Of a stretch of 64,000 nt of DNA, positions 54,893-64,000 are shown one piece after another. Made by a program: the position numbers and the translations under genes. The stretch is from a virus. Positions within the stretch are counted from its first letter, which is position 1, and each line of letters starts with the position of its first letter. The DNA lies in the IMG/VR virus record IMGVR_UViG_3300048575_000082, positions 36,916-100,915 of that record. One strand, given 5' to 3'. The notes under the pieces are model-generated. The model searched no databases. It saw nothing but the letters and a program-made list of their open reading frames with translations, and was not told the origin of the DNA.

Positions 54893-55595
54893 CGAAAGAC
54901 TCCTGTGTGCTCTTCAAAAAGGCGAGTAGCCTTGTGTCTCCCCACGCCTCCCAAATCTCCGAGGGGTCCTTGGCTAGCTTCCCGTCAGCCAATCTGGCGG
55001 GTGGGTAGGCGATGGTTTGTACTTCGAAAGTGTCTCCGTAGGCTTTGGTGAACCGTGCACAAGATGCCCGGCCGGTTCGGTCCATATCATACCCGAGCGC
55101 GACGTGCTTGACAAGACGTCGAAGAAAACGAGCGAGCTGATTGGGGACGCGTGCCGTAAGGGTAGCGAATACGTAGGGGATCCCCCGCTGTATCGGGAAG
55201 ACGTCAAAGGCACCTTCCACAACGAAGGCTCGGCGCGTACGCCACACGGCAGGCATTGCTTGACCGAGCCCGAAGAGAACGGGCTCTTCACGCTCGATGA
55301 CGTACTCGCTGTAGCCCTTGCGGGCTTGATCGACATGCCTGAATTGCATCCCAAGGATCTGCCCCAGCGCATTGGTCAGCGGTAGCGTGAAGACGTCATC
55401 GATCCGACCCTCACCTTGAGCCCATTTGACGAAGTCCTTAGCCTCGGCAGGCAAGGCTGGGATGACCCCATTCAGATGCCCAAGGTTGTAGAGATCGATC
55501 TGCTCGTCGGACACACCGCGACCATAGAGCGCATCCCGGACGCGCTCGTCCAATTGCTGATGCGCATGGGCAGCGAGGTCATCGAGCCAGCTCAT
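54876..55595 (-). CDS. DnaG-type primase catalytic/TOPRIM core
   Basis: RGVSDEQI, LFGL, FVVEGAFDV, GYDMDRTG, KDPSE; no zinc-binding domain. Confidence 0.7.
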   Translation of the reverse strand: MSWLDDLAAHAHQQLDERVRDALYGRGVSDEQIDLYNLGHLNGVIPALPAEAKDFVKWAQGEGRIDDVFTLPLTNALGQILGMQFRHVDQARKGYSEYVIEREEPVLFGLGQAMPAVWRTRRAFVVEGAFDVFPIQRGIPYVFATLTARVPNQLARFLRRLVKHVALGYDMDRTGRASCARFTKAYGDTFEVQTIAYPPARLADGKLAKDPSEIWEAWGDTRLLAFLKSTQESFDASNL

Positions 55596-56167
55596 GACAC
55601 CACCGAGAAGCTGCGGTTGGCCTTGAAGACCATGACGCCGATGTAGTCATCGCTGCGCAAGTAGACGCCTGCGTCAGCGGCCACCACGAGGCGTTGCTTG
55701 GCAGGGACCGGGCCTACGAGGGTCTGCACGCCGTCAACCACCGAGACGTAACCTTGGAAGCGCATGAGGTACTCCGCCGTCTTAAGATCGACCCCGGTTT
55801 GGTGGAGATCCTCCTCCGGGATGACGATCGAACGGGGTTTGATACCTGCGGCACGCATCTTTTCCAAAGCCTCTGGGACAGAAGTACACCGATTGTCCCA
55901 GCCTCTGTCTTGGATTGTGCGCAGAAGTGACTGAAAGACGGCCGTTTCCTCGTCGATTAGGCAGGAGAAGATGCCGCATCGAACGTTACCGGGCGCGAAT
56001 GTGCGGGTTTGAACCCACGCTCCCCTGGTGTTGGTTACCAGAACGGGCTCTATGGCGGGGGTCGCCGCCCGTTCCTGCATGACTGGGACAGAGAAGCCGC
56101 CTTGAGGGGCGGCTCTCTTGTGGATGCGTTCAACTTCAAACAGGCGGTCAAGGATTGTGTACCCCAT
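55592..56167 (-). CDS. Hypothetical protein
   Basis: 191-aa ORF overlapping both neighbours. Confidence 0.45.
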   Translation of the reverse strand: MGYTILDRLFEVERIHKRAAPQGGFSVPVMQERAATPAIEPVLVTNTRGAWVQTRTFAPGNVRCGIFSCLIDEETAVFQSLLRTIQDRGWDNRCTSVPEALEKMRAAGIKPRSIVIPEEDLHQTGVDLKTAEYLMRFQGYVSVVDGVQTLVGPVPAKQRLVVAADAGVYLRSDDYIGVMVFKANRSFSVVS

Positions 56168-56720
56168 CGGTCGCTCCCGCTTCGGGCAGGTAGTGCGACA
56201 GGTCTACACCGGGGCGCAGAGGTTCAAGGTTGATTCTGAGAAAGCGCCACCACAACCGAACCCACCATGGAAATGGTGAATCGTGGAAATGCGTGACGCT
56301 AAGATCTGCGACCCAGACAAGGGTGTAGACCTCGGGGAGGTTGGCTTCCAACCACTCGGTATCCCTTAGCTGGTTCGCGAACTCCTCGAGGATCTGCTCC
56401 TTGGTTCGGATGGGCTGAAACTTGGGGCAGCGTTGGGCGTCGATAGCGTCCTCACAGATGTCCCCGGGCCACTCTTCAGGATTGGACGCTCCGTACATGC
56501 AAAGGCCGATGGTCTTTGTCACGGCCACCCCTGGGCAAGCTGAGACCCGGTTGAAGCCGTCGTTCACGTCACCCTCATGAAAGCGGCGCTCGTCAAGCGG
56601 GTTGCGTCGGTTGTGAACGCACCTCTCCGGCAAGCGCTTCGTGGCATAGACGAGGCGGCGCTGTAGCTCCTTGAGGAGGAGCCCTCGAATCCGATCGTGG
56701 ATCTCACCTATGGACCGCAT
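56148..56720 (-). CDS. Hypothetical Cys-containing protein
   Basis: Start likely MRSIGE; several Cys/His residues. Confidence 0.45.
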   Translation of the reverse strand: MRSIGEIHDRIRGLLLKELQRRLVYATKRLPERCVHNRRNPLDERRFHEGDVNDGFNRVSACPGVAVTKTIGLCMYGASNPEEWPGDICEDAIDAQRCPKFQPIRTKEQILEEFANQLRDTEWLEANLPEVYTLVWVADLSVTHFHDSPFPWWVRLWWRFLRINLEPLRPGVDLSHYLPEAGATDGVHNP

Positions 56721-57409
56721 GTTGACCCTCGTAGCTGCTTCAAGCCCAGGTGTTTGGATCCGTCCTCCACACAAACCTCCTGACCCCGGTAGGCTGCGTC
56801 GGCGTTATCGAGGTAGGCTTGCTTGTGGGTCACCAGGAGGATGTCGATCCCGGCGCTTGCCGCGAGGCGCTTCAGGAAGCGCCCCGTGGTGTCAACGTAC
56901 TCGTCCGAGACGGCCGACAAGGTTTCGTCCAAGAAGAGGATGGGCTTACGCCCAAGACGAAGCATTGTCAGGACGCGAAGGAGAAGGGACGCGACGCTTA
57001 CAGGGCCTCCGCCGAAGCCCTCAAGGGGCTTGTCGCGTATGGCAAGGGCACCCTCGCCCTGCCGCATAAGAAAGTCGATGGCGACCTTGTTGTAGCGCGT
57101 CCCAATCTCCGCCTCGAACGTCAGCTCCTGATCGAAGAAGATCGTATGCAGGCCGTCCGTCACGATCCGCTCAATGGTCTTGACTTGATCGGTCACGAGA
57201 CGGTTCATGAGAGCCTGAAAAAGCTCCGTGACCTTGAGGAGGCAGGTGACCCGCCGCGACAAGGCTTCGATCTCTTCTTCTGTCCGTGCCAGGTCTGTAG
57301 CCAAGGCGTCACGTCGGGTAGCAAGCCGGATCCCCTGATCGGAGACGGCCCGCACCCGACGTCGCCAGTCGCTCAGTCCTTCGACGGCATCAGCCGCGTG
57401 ACTTTGCAT
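56708..57409 (-). CDS. sbcC: SbcC/Rad50-like ATPase, C-terminal half
   Basis: Coiled coil, signature-like FGGG, Walker B ILFLDE, H-loop LLVTHK. Confidence 0.75.
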   Translation of the reverse strand: MQSHAADAVEGLSDWRRRVRAVSDQGIRLATRRDALATDLARTEEEIEALSRRVTCLLKVTELFQALMNRLVTDQVKTIERIVTDGLHTIFFDQELTFEAEIGTRYNKVAIDFLMRQGEGALAIRDKPLEGFGGGPVSVASLLLRVLTMLRLGRKPILFLDETLSAVSDEYVDTTGRFLKRLAASAGIDILLVTHKQAYLDNADAAYRGQEVCVEDGSKHLGLKQLRGSTCGP

Positions 57410-58602
57410 TCGACCGCACCCTCTTGCGTGTTGTCCTGTGCCACCTTGCCGTTGGCGTCAAGCCAGAACCGATCGATCGTCCGGAAGATCGCGCCGGTCT
57501 TCGACCCCTTCTGGATCAAGGAGACGCGGAATTCGACCTCGTTGCAAACCGTGTTGAAGAGGTCGCGGAGCTGATCGACGTTGACGTTGACACTGAACGA
57601 TTCGGGGTTCCGGAATTCACGGGCGTTGATCGGGATCGCCTCGAACCGCGTCTTGGCCTTGCTCTCGTTGAGGCTCACCGTGAATTGCCCGCTGTCATGG
57701 TCATAGGCGAACCGGATCTTGTCCTTGCCCTTGTCGGCGATACGCTGCCGGAGGTAGGCCGTAGCGGATTGCATGAGGGCCTTGTCGACGCGGAAAATGT
57801 AGCCGTCCTTGTCCAAGGGGAAGTAGCTGTAGCGCGGGTGGACCTTGTTGCTACGCGAGAACCCGAGGATCCGGCCCCGGGAGTCCTCGAGGAACATCAT
57901 GTTGGTGCCCAAGCGGTAGCTGACGTCGCCTTCTACCTTCGTGAGGTAGCTCAAGATGTGGGCAATGTTGTCCGAATGGAGGGCGAGGTGCTTGTCCTTG
58001 AAGGCGGCACAATCGAAGTAGGCGGCCCGGATCGCGTCGGCGGCGAACAGGACTCCATTGCCCTTCTCCCATTCCGGCTTGGATGCGTCGAAGGTCTGGA
58101 GGTTCTTGTAGAGGTCATCCGTCCGGTCATCGGTGGCGAGGTGACCCTTCACCGTCGAGAGCCCTACGCGGAGGATGCCCGAGGGGAACGTCACGGTGCC
58201 CACAGCGGCGGCGTTGTAGTCCTCATCAAGCTGCGCGATGAACTTAGGGTTGGTGGAGGGGCATTCGTCGGTCGTGCCAGTGTCCGTCTGATACGCCACG
58301 ATGTAGCGATCTCCGTCGACCTGGCAGGAGATCGTCACCGTCGACCCTCGCGTCAACGCGAGGGGCTCAATGGCGGATTCCGGATAGATGAGGTCTGCGT
58401 CACCATCGGATTCCAGGACGGGGATTTGCGCGCGGCTCACGCGCGTCTTGTCGCGTGAGTAAATCGAGCAGACGCCGTCATGCACGACGAAGCGGTAGCC
58501 AGTCACGTCACCGACCAGAGGCTGGGGTGCAACAACCCCGACGATATCGATTGCTTCCAGAAGCTCTTTGAGATTCAGCGTGAATTGCATGCGCATCCTC
58601 AT
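57373..58602 (-). CDS. dnaN: DNA sliding clamp (beta-subunit-like)
   Basis: About 400 aa in three similar alpha/beta blocks; VLFAADAIRAA resembles the clamp ATDG.RL region; dnaX nearby. Confidence 0.55.
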   Translation of the reverse strand: MRMRMQFTLNLKELLEAIDIVGVVAPQPLVGDVTGYRFVVHDGVCSIYSRDKTRVSRAQIPVLESDGDADLIYPESAIEPLALTRGSTVTISCQVDGDRYIVAYQTDTGTTDECPSTNPKFIAQLDEDYNAAAVGTVTFPSGILRVGLSTVKGHLATDDRTDDLYKNLQTFDASKPEWEKGNGVLFAADAIRAAYFDCAAFKDKHLALHSDNIAHILSYLTKVEGDVSYRLGTNMMFLEDSRGRILGFSRSNKVHPRYSYFPLDKDGYIFRVDKALMQSATAYLRQRIADKGKDKIRFAYDHDSGQFTVSLNESKAKTRFEAIPINAREFRNPESFSVNVNVDQLRDLFNTVCNEVEFRVSLIQKGSKTGAIFRTIDRFWLDANGKVAQDNTQEGAVECKVTRLMPSKD

Positions 58603-58880
58603 TTCTTGTCGAAGGCAGCGAGAGCTTTCTCTACGGCCACCAACTCGTTCTCGAATGTTGCGACGGTGGCTTCAAGGTCCGCCTTCGCTTTGGTTACCTC
58701 TTCAGGTAGCTTTTTGGGGTCATACCCCGCTGCGGTGATCTCTTGGGCGAGCTGGACAAGCTCATCCTTCTTCGCCTCAAGTTGCCCCTTCAAGGACGCC
58801 CGGCGCTGTATTACAGCCCCGTGGCGTGTCACCAGGTCTTTGATCTTGGTATCGATAGGATCTGCCATTACCGTCCTCAC
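58599..58880 (-). CDS. Small coiled-coil protein
   Basis: 93-aa heptad-rich ORF overlapping both neighbours. Confidence 0.55.
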   Translation of the reverse strand: MRTVMADPIDTKIKDLVTRHGAVIQRRASLKGQLEAKKDELVQLAQEITAAGYDPKKLPEEVTKAKADLEATVATFENELVAVEKALAAFDKK

Positions 58881-59776
58881 GGATCTAGGGATACGTCCTC
58901 CACAGCTACACCGCCCGGGGATAGCTTCAGGGGGCTATCTGTCACAGCTTGTCCCTCGGGGCAAACCGTAACGTATGAGCAGAGCTTGCAGTTGTGCTCT
59001 TTCGCAACCGCCGAGAAGGGTCCGCCGCCCTTGGGAGCTTCGCCCCGAAGGGATGCCTTGCCCTCTTCGATCTTCGCGATCGAACCAAGGACCTCCTTGC
59101 TGAGATCCGTCAAACCCTCTGGTGTGAAGTCAACCCAGTCAACCGCCCTGTTAGGCCCCCACCTCCAGAAAACGAATCCCAGCTTGTCTGGAATCCGTTG
59201 GTAGCGCATCCGGTAGAGCATGGCGTACCACCGGAGCTGCATACCGTCGACGTACTTGCCACGATGCTTGGACCCCTTACCGTCGAGGATGATGAGGTCC
59301 CCGTGTGGGCGTGTCCGCTCGATGACGAAGTCGGCGCGACCCCCAAGGGTGTGCCCCTCAAGTGGTGAGTCGAGCTTCATCTCGGCTTCGGCAAATGGCC
59401 CAAGGAACCGATGCGCCTTGATGATAGCCAGCCCGTTGGGGATGGCCTTGACGACGTCGGCTCGTAAAGCATCGAGGTTGCTGTATTGGCGGACCGTTCT
59501 CGGATCCGACCAATTGAAGGCTCCGCCCTTCCGAACCTCTTCAGCCATGATACGCTTGATCATGGGATCGACGAGGGTCAAGAGGGCGGTTACGACGTCG
59601 GGCTTGCGCCAGAGCTGGTCATTGTAGAACGCCTCGAAGATGGTGCCTACGACCGACCCGTAGAGCATGCTGACGCGATTGTCCTGAACGGTGAGCTTGG
59701 TCTTGCCTATGTACTGATGCCAGTATTGGCGCGGGCAAGTCAGGTAGGTTTTGAAGCCAGAATAGGAGATGTACAT
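58877..59776 (-). CDS. PD-(D/E)XK nuclease (RecB/AddB/Cas4-like)
   Basis: ISYSGFKTYLTCPRQYW, GRADFV...ILDGKGS, QLRWYA, C..C.Y...C. Confidence 0.8.
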   Translation of the reverse strand: MYISYSGFKTYLTCPRQYWHQYIGKTKLTVQDNRVSMLYGSVVGTIFEAFYNDQLWRKPDVVTALLTLVDPMIKRIMAEEVRKGGAFNWSDPRTVRQYSNLDALRADVVKAIPNGLAIIKAHRFLGPFAEAEMKLDSPLEGHTLGGRADFVIERTRPHGDLIILDGKGSKHRGKYVDGMQLRWYAMLYRMRYQRIPDKLGFVFWRWGPNRAVDWVDFTPEGLTDLSKEVLGSIAKIEEGKASLRGEAPKGGGPFSAVAKEHNCKLCSYVTVCPEGQAVTDSPLKLSPGGVAVEDVSLDP

Positions 59777-59780
59777 GCCT

Positions 59781-60752
59781 CTACTTTAGCTCCGTTCTGG
59801 CTCTTTCGAGATAAGAAAGCGCAAGTTCCCGCACATCTTTTGCGTAATCCATCGAGGAGAGGGTGCTCTCGATGGATTGGTCAGGATTCGATGACACGCT
59901 CAATTGGAGTCGTGAGACGAACTCTGCGATGGCGCCCTTCTCCTCCTCCGCGCGGGTCTTGGCGGCGAAGTCAAAGACCTCTTCGGGAGGGGCAACGACA
60001 AGCGGCTGCTCCTCCACTAGGATCCCTTCGGGCGTAATGTCCATGAGGACCACCTTGGGCGTCCTCGAGATGTTCTCATGCGTCAAGGCTCCCCGGCTTA
60101 CGGAGCCCGTGTTGACGAAGCGCGTCGACCCGATGGTTGTGATGCCCTGATCCTTGTGCCAATGGCCGAAGCACCACACGTCGGGACCATCTGGGCTCAT
60201 GAGGTCGGAATAGCGGAAGACGGGCTCGCCAAATAGCTCCTCCGTCGTGGCGCTCGGGTTTGAGGACGCAAGGCAGTGTGCCAAGACGATGAGGTAGGTG
60301 TCTCCCGGTTGCTTGCGGATCGCCCTCAAGGTATCCAAGGAGAGACCGGAGTCATACGGCACCCCTACGACCCTGATGCGAAGGCCATCCTCTTCGAAGA
60401 CCTCATTGCGGAGCTGGTTGAAAGCCCCGGAGGCGAACATGACGCCGATAGGCTGTCGGATGACTGAATCAAGGTTATTGTAGGCAATGTCGTGGTTGCC
60501 CTCGATCGCATAGACCGGGCTGGCGCAAGAGCGATGCATCCGGATCATCTGCTGAACAAGGGCGTGGCTGTTACGTGTCGCCGCCTTGACATGAAAGAAG
60601 TCGCCCCCGTCAAGGATCGCTCGAACCCCACGAGCCCTCGCAAGAGCGAAGATCTGCTCCAGGTCGTTTACGATCTCCGCAAGGTAGTCGCCCTTCCATG
60701 AGGCAGGCGTATGGTCCGATGCATGGACGTCCGTCCTGAATAGAAATCTCAT
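59781..60752 (-). CDS. sbcD: SbcD/Mre11-like metallophosphoesterase nuclease
   Basis: TDVH, GGDFFH, GNHD, AH and GHWH motifs. Confidence 0.85.
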   Translation of the reverse strand: MRFLFRTDVHASDHTPASWKGDYLAEIVNDLEQIFALARARGVRAILDGGDFFHVKAATRNSHALVQQMIRMHRSCASPVYAIEGNHDIAYNNLDSVIRQPIGVMFASGAFNQLRNEVFEEDGLRIRVVGVPYDSGLSLDTLRAIRKQPGDTYLIVLAHCLASSNPSATTEELFGEPVFRYSDLMSPDGPDVWCFGHWHKDQGITTIGSTRFVNTGSVSRGALTHENISRTPKVVLMDITPEGILVEEQPLVVAPPEEVFDFAAKTRAEEEKGAIAEFVSRLQLSVSSNPDQSIESTLSSMDYAKDVRELALSYLERARTELK

Positions 60753-61960
60753 GGATGGTCGTGTCCTTCGTGGAAGGGCCTATCGCACACGGGACAAGCT
60801 CCAAGTTGGCGGATCTCTTCTTGAATACACCGTTCCTCTTCCAAGACGGCCTGGTATTGAGCGTCGAGGGAGGCGACGGCGCCCTCAAGCGCGGCCAGAC
60901 GCCCTGCGAGGTCACGGACGGTCTTGGCGGCCTCTGCCTTGGCCGTCAATGCCTCGAGGGAGGGCACCGGCGTGTTGCGCGTGTCCAGCCATAGTTGTAG
61001 CGCGGCCTTGAGGGTCTTGACGCGGGTCATCCAGCCTTCCAGCTTCCGCGCCAGATCCAGCTTGGCCTTCAAGGGTTCCACCTCGGGGATCACCACATCC
61101 GTGACGGGTGTGAGCGTATCCACGGCGCGGGTCTTCTCCTCAAGACTTGTTTTGAATCCGCTGACTTTCACCAGGGATCGGACTCGCGAGATGACGGGGG
61201 CGGTTTCAGGAACCACCACGTCAGAGATCCCGTCAAGCCGCTGGATGTCCGTCGTCAAAGCCATGTAGCTCTGCTGGAACCCTTGTAGGTTCACGACACG
61301 GCTGTCCGCAAGCTCGATCTCCTTGAGGCGACCCTCTACTGCGTCCTTGGATGCAAGGGCCGTGTCGAGCCCTTGGTAGCCCCGCAGCGCGTCTTGGTAG
61401 CGGGCTGCGTCGGCTTGCCTGACCTTGAGGGTGGCCATGTCCGCCTTGCGGTCCTTCTCGCTGAGCCGCATGGCAACGTTGATCCGGTCAAGGCAAGCGA
61501 TGTCCGATAGGACGTCCGCCACCGTGCCCCCGGTAGCATTGAGCAAGAACAGGGGGTCCCATTGAGGGGCCACCTGGAGCATCGTATGGACGTCCCCGGC
61601 CTTGATGGGCGTGAAGTCAGGGTTAAGAAACTCCGGAAACCCTCGGGAGATGGCTTCGTAGTCTTTACCGTTGTACACGTAACGATTGACGCCGTCGCCC
61701 TTTTCCCAAAGAAGGTCGAAACCCTGCCCGACGATGTGAACCGAGGCGAAGCACTTGCAAGTCTTGCCCTTGATTCGCCTGGCGCAGGTCGGACCATGGC
61801 GGACGAAATTCGTCCCAGAGGCGCCCGTGAGGGCGTATTCGACCGCCCTCACGATGGCGCTCTTGCCGATATTGCTGCGGCCAACCAGGGCCGTGAAGCC
61901 TTGGACCTGGATGGCCGCGTGCTCAATCGACTGGAAGTTGCGAATCTCGATGCGAATCAT
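60749..61960 (-). CDS. sbcC: SbcC/Rad50-like ATPase, N-terminal half ending at a zinc hook
   Basis: IEIRNFQSI, Walker A GRSNIGKS, coiled coil, terminal CPVC. Confidence 0.8.
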   Translation of the reverse strand: MIRIEIRNFQSIEHAAIQVQGFTALVGRSNIGKSAIVRAVEYALTGASGTNFVRHGPTCARRIKGKTCKCFASVHIVGQGFDLLWEKGDGVNRYVYNGKDYEAISRGFPEFLNPDFTPIKAGDVHTMLQVAPQWDPLFLLNATGGTVADVLSDIACLDRINVAMRLSEKDRKADMATLKVRQADAARYQDALRGYQGLDTALASKDAVEGRLKEIELADSRVVNLQGFQQSYMALTTDIQRLDGISDVVVPETAPVISRVRSLVKVSGFKTSLEEKTRAVDTLTPVTDVVIPEVEPLKAKLDLARKLEGWMTRVKTLKAALQLWLDTRNTPVPSLEALTAKAEAAKTVRDLAGRLAALEGAVASLDAQYQAVLEEERCIQEEIRQLGACPVCDRPFHEGHDHP

Positions 61961-63216
61961 TCGCCGCCTTCGTCGCTGCCTTCGTCACTACCCTCTTCAA
62001 CGTTCTCGGTGTCTGTGTCCTCTTCGGCATCGAAGGTATCGTCATCCCCGAGAGCACCCTTCATGTCACTCATGATGGAGTCTTCATCGTCAATGACAGC
62101 CGCCTTGGGGACGCTATCGAGAATCGACTCGTAGATCTTCTGCTTGATGGCCTCCGTCGCGGTGGGATTGCCCATGAGGAAGGCTCGGAACTTCTCCTTG
62201 CCCACGAACTTCTCGCCGTTGAATTCCAACGAGGCCCCGCTCTTTCCGATGATCTTGCGGGTGACGCCAGCCTCGATCAAGGAGAGGTAGTCGTCAAGCC
62301 CGAAGCCGTAGCGGATGAAGACCTCACCGCCGTGGCCTTGCTTGGCGTCAGCCTTGTTCTTGACGACCTTGACCTGGACAAGGTTGCCCACCGGGATGCG
62401 CTTCTTCTTGCCGGTGAAGGGATCCATCTTCTCGATGTAGTCAGAACGGATACGGCTGATCCGGAGCCGTAGGTAGGCGTAGAACTTGAGCGCCTTGCCG
62501 CCCGAGGTGTTCTCGTTGTCACCACCACCGCCGCCGTAGCCGCCCGTGTTGATTGCTGCGCGGGTCTGGTTGAGGAAGATGACGGCCGTTCCCAGGCATT
62601 CGGGGTGGTTCTCGACGGGCTTGGTGAGCCAGATGACCATCTTGGGAAGGATCTCGCTCATAGCCTTGGCGAGGGCGCCGAGCTTGGCGTTGTCGTCGAT
62701 CTTCTTCTCAAGCTCCGTCTTGGGGACCATGGCCGCCACGGAGTCAACCACCACAAGGTCGACGCCGGTTGCAATGGCGACGTAGAGCATCTTGAGGCCC
62801 TCTTCCATCGTATCGGGCTGGAAGTACAGGAGCTTGTCCTGGGCGAAGTCAACGCCAATGGTTTTGGCATAGCCGTGATGGAGCGCGTGTTCGAAGTCGA
62901 GGAACATCGCGAGCCCTCCACGGCGTTGGCAATCCGCGATGGCTGCCAGGGCCATCGTCGTCTTACCCGAGGATTCAGGGCCGTAGATCTCGGTGATGCG
63001 CTTGCGGGGATAGCCGGGGCACACACAGCCGTGCCCGTCCTGGGCGGGGGATCCACCGATGAGAAGGTTAACAAGGGTTGATCCCGAGGGGACGTGCGGC
63101 ATAGTAGAGTAGGAAGGCTCCAGAGGCTTCTGGCCTGTGGTCTTCAAAATAACGGCGGCGGCACGTGCCGCGATCTCAGAAGTGGGACTTGCAGCGGGCT
63201 TGTCTTTCTTAGCCAT
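61957..63216 (-). CDS. recA: RecA recombinase
   Basis: RITEIYGPESSGKTT, FLDFEHAL, VVDSVAAMVP, IFLNQ.R, SGGKALKFYA. Confidence 0.93.
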   Translation of the reverse strand: MAKKDKPAASPTSEIAARAAAVILKTTGQKPLEPSYSTMPHVPSGSTLVNLLIGGSPAQDGHGCVCPGYPRKRITEIYGPESSGKTTMALAAIADCQRRGGLAMFLDFEHALHHGYAKTIGVDFAQDKLLYFQPDTMEEGLKMLYVAIATGVDLVVVDSVAAMVPKTELEKKIDDNAKLGALAKAMSEILPKMVIWLTKPVENHPECLGTAVIFLNQTRAAINTGGYGGGGGDNENTSGGKALKFYAYLRLRISRIRSDYIEKMDPFTGKKKRIPVGNLVQVKVVKNKADAKQGHGGEVFIRYGFGLDDYLSLIEAGVTRKIIGKSGASLEFNGEKFVGKEKFRAFLMGNPTATEAIKQKIYESILDSVPKAAVIDDEDSIMSDMKGALGDDDTFDAEEDTDTENVEEGSDEGSDEGGE

Positions 63217-63865
63217 CGTGATCTCCAAGGAGAGAGTAGCGGAAGAACCTATCGTTCTCGCGGAACACTACACCGCGCCGGGTAGTCGTCCCGGCCTTTG
63301 CCCCCCTCTGGTAGGTGTGGGTGCGGGCGAAGGTGTGTAGCTCGGCGGGTGTGAGGTCATCGTCCGTCAAAACGCCGTCGTGGTACTCCCAAAAGCGGGC
63401 CGCGAAACGGGCGAGGTGATAGGCGTCAGCCTCATTGTGGTTGATGGGCTTGGTGAGGTTGGCATCTGCCATAGCAAAGCGAACCATCTCGCCCTTGTCC
63501 ATGGTTCCTTTGACCACCTTGGGGTCCATCTTCACGAGAGACTTCAAGGTCTTAGGGTCAAAGTAGACCACGTTCTTGCGCTTGATGTAGAGGGCCTCAT
63601 TGACGTACAAGAACAAGCCGTAGAGACCCTCTGACCAAAGCTCACCAAAGGGCGGGCTTTCCACCGCAACGGCCTCCACGATAGGGAAGCGGTCACACAG
63701 GGCCAAGAGGTTGTCTCTTGAATCCATGTAGCGCGTGACGAAGGCGTTGTGGGTGGGTGTCGCCCAATGGCCCCGGGCAAGTATTCTGGCGGGTCCTACG
63801 ACCGAGGAGTTGTGAACGCACCAGCCAAATCCCGTGAGAGACGGATCTAGTCCCAGGGTGATCAT
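63209..63865 (-). CDS. ruvC: RuvC-like Holliday junction resolvase
   Basis: MITLGLDPSLTGFGW, VAVESP, NEADAY. Confidence 0.8.
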   Translation of the reverse strand: MITLGLDPSLTGFGWCVHNSSVVGPARILARGHWATPTHNAFVTRYMDSRDNLLALCDRFPIVEAVAVESPPFGELWSEGLYGLFLYVNEALYIKRKNVVYFDPKTLKSLVKMDPKVVKGTMDKGEMVRFAMADANLTKPINHNEADAYHLARFAARFWEYHDGVLTDDDLTPAELHTFARTHTYQRGAKAGTTTRRGVVFRENDRFFRYSLLGDHDG

Positions 63866-63875
63866 GAAGGGTAAA

Positions 63876-63895
63876 GGGGGCGGTTGCCCGCCCCC
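63876..63895 (-). terminator. Hairpin GGGGGCGG-GCAA-CCGCCCCC followed by TTT
   Basis: Perfect 8-bp stem just after the TAG at 63906-63908. Confidence 0.5.
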
Positions 63896-63905
63896 TCCTC
63901 CTGGG

Positions 63906-64000
63906 CTAGACGTTGTTGAGGATGTCGCCGAAGTCTTCGGCGCCGACGCTGGCGGATCCGCCGCCACCGAGGCCGAGCTTGATCCGGAGATCAGAAGAGG
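63906..64000 (-). CDS. C-terminal end of an upstream gene (Gly-rich linker, acidic tail; possibly an SSB-like protein)
   Basis: ...DLRIKLGLGGGGSASVGAEDFGDILNNV-stop. Confidence 0.4.
   Translation of the reverse strand, partial: SSDLRIKLGLGGGGSASVGAEDFGDILNNV

Noticed and set aside
58877-59776. Cas4-like nuclease as a sign of a CRISPR system
   Set aside because: No other cas genes and no repeat-spacer array; the context is recombination (sbcCD, recA, ruvC).
1-64000. Stop-codon reassignment as an explanation for fused ORFs
   Set aside because: TAA (923), TGA (1352) and TAG (2566) all end well-formed genes, and conserved enzymes are uninterrupted under the standard code.
1-64000. tRNA, rRNA, integrase or transposase
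   Set aside because: None recognised by eye; a tRNAscan/Infernal run would be needed to exclude small RNAs.

Overview
This 64-kb window is part of a large, GC-rich tailed phage genome, probably a contractile-tailed (myo-type) jumbo-like phage. Nearly all credible genes lie on the minus strand. In transcription order (right to left) it carries three blocks. (1) Recombination and replication: RuvC, RecA, an SbcC/Rad50 split into two genes, SbcD/Mre11, a PD-(D/E)XK nuclease, a beta-clamp-like protein, a TOPRIM primase, an intein-containing DnaX, a NusG-like/5'-3' exonuclease fusion and a tandem sigma4-type HTH protein. (2) Head: intein-containing terminase, portal, prohead protease, Q-rich scaffold-like protein, decoration-like proteins and the major capsid protein, with a small plus-strand ung islet. 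(3) Probable internal-head, neck and tail genes, ending in the 5' part of a tail-sheath gene. The strongest observation is a fractured putative neck gene. It is rejoined by an atypically split intein (32-aa N-fragment, 124-aa C-fragment), and a free-standing endonuclease gene sits between the halves. Also notable are a recurring R-V-A-x-R-[YF]-L peptide tag with K/R-x-A motifs in many unrelated head-region proteins, two related inteins at matching Walker-A GK|TT sites, and long ORFs with internal promoter-like/RBS/ATG signals. A myxobacterial-style lipoprotein hints at the host. No tRNA, rRNA, CRISPR array or integrase was seen. Family assignments come from motif recognition by eye, not database searches.
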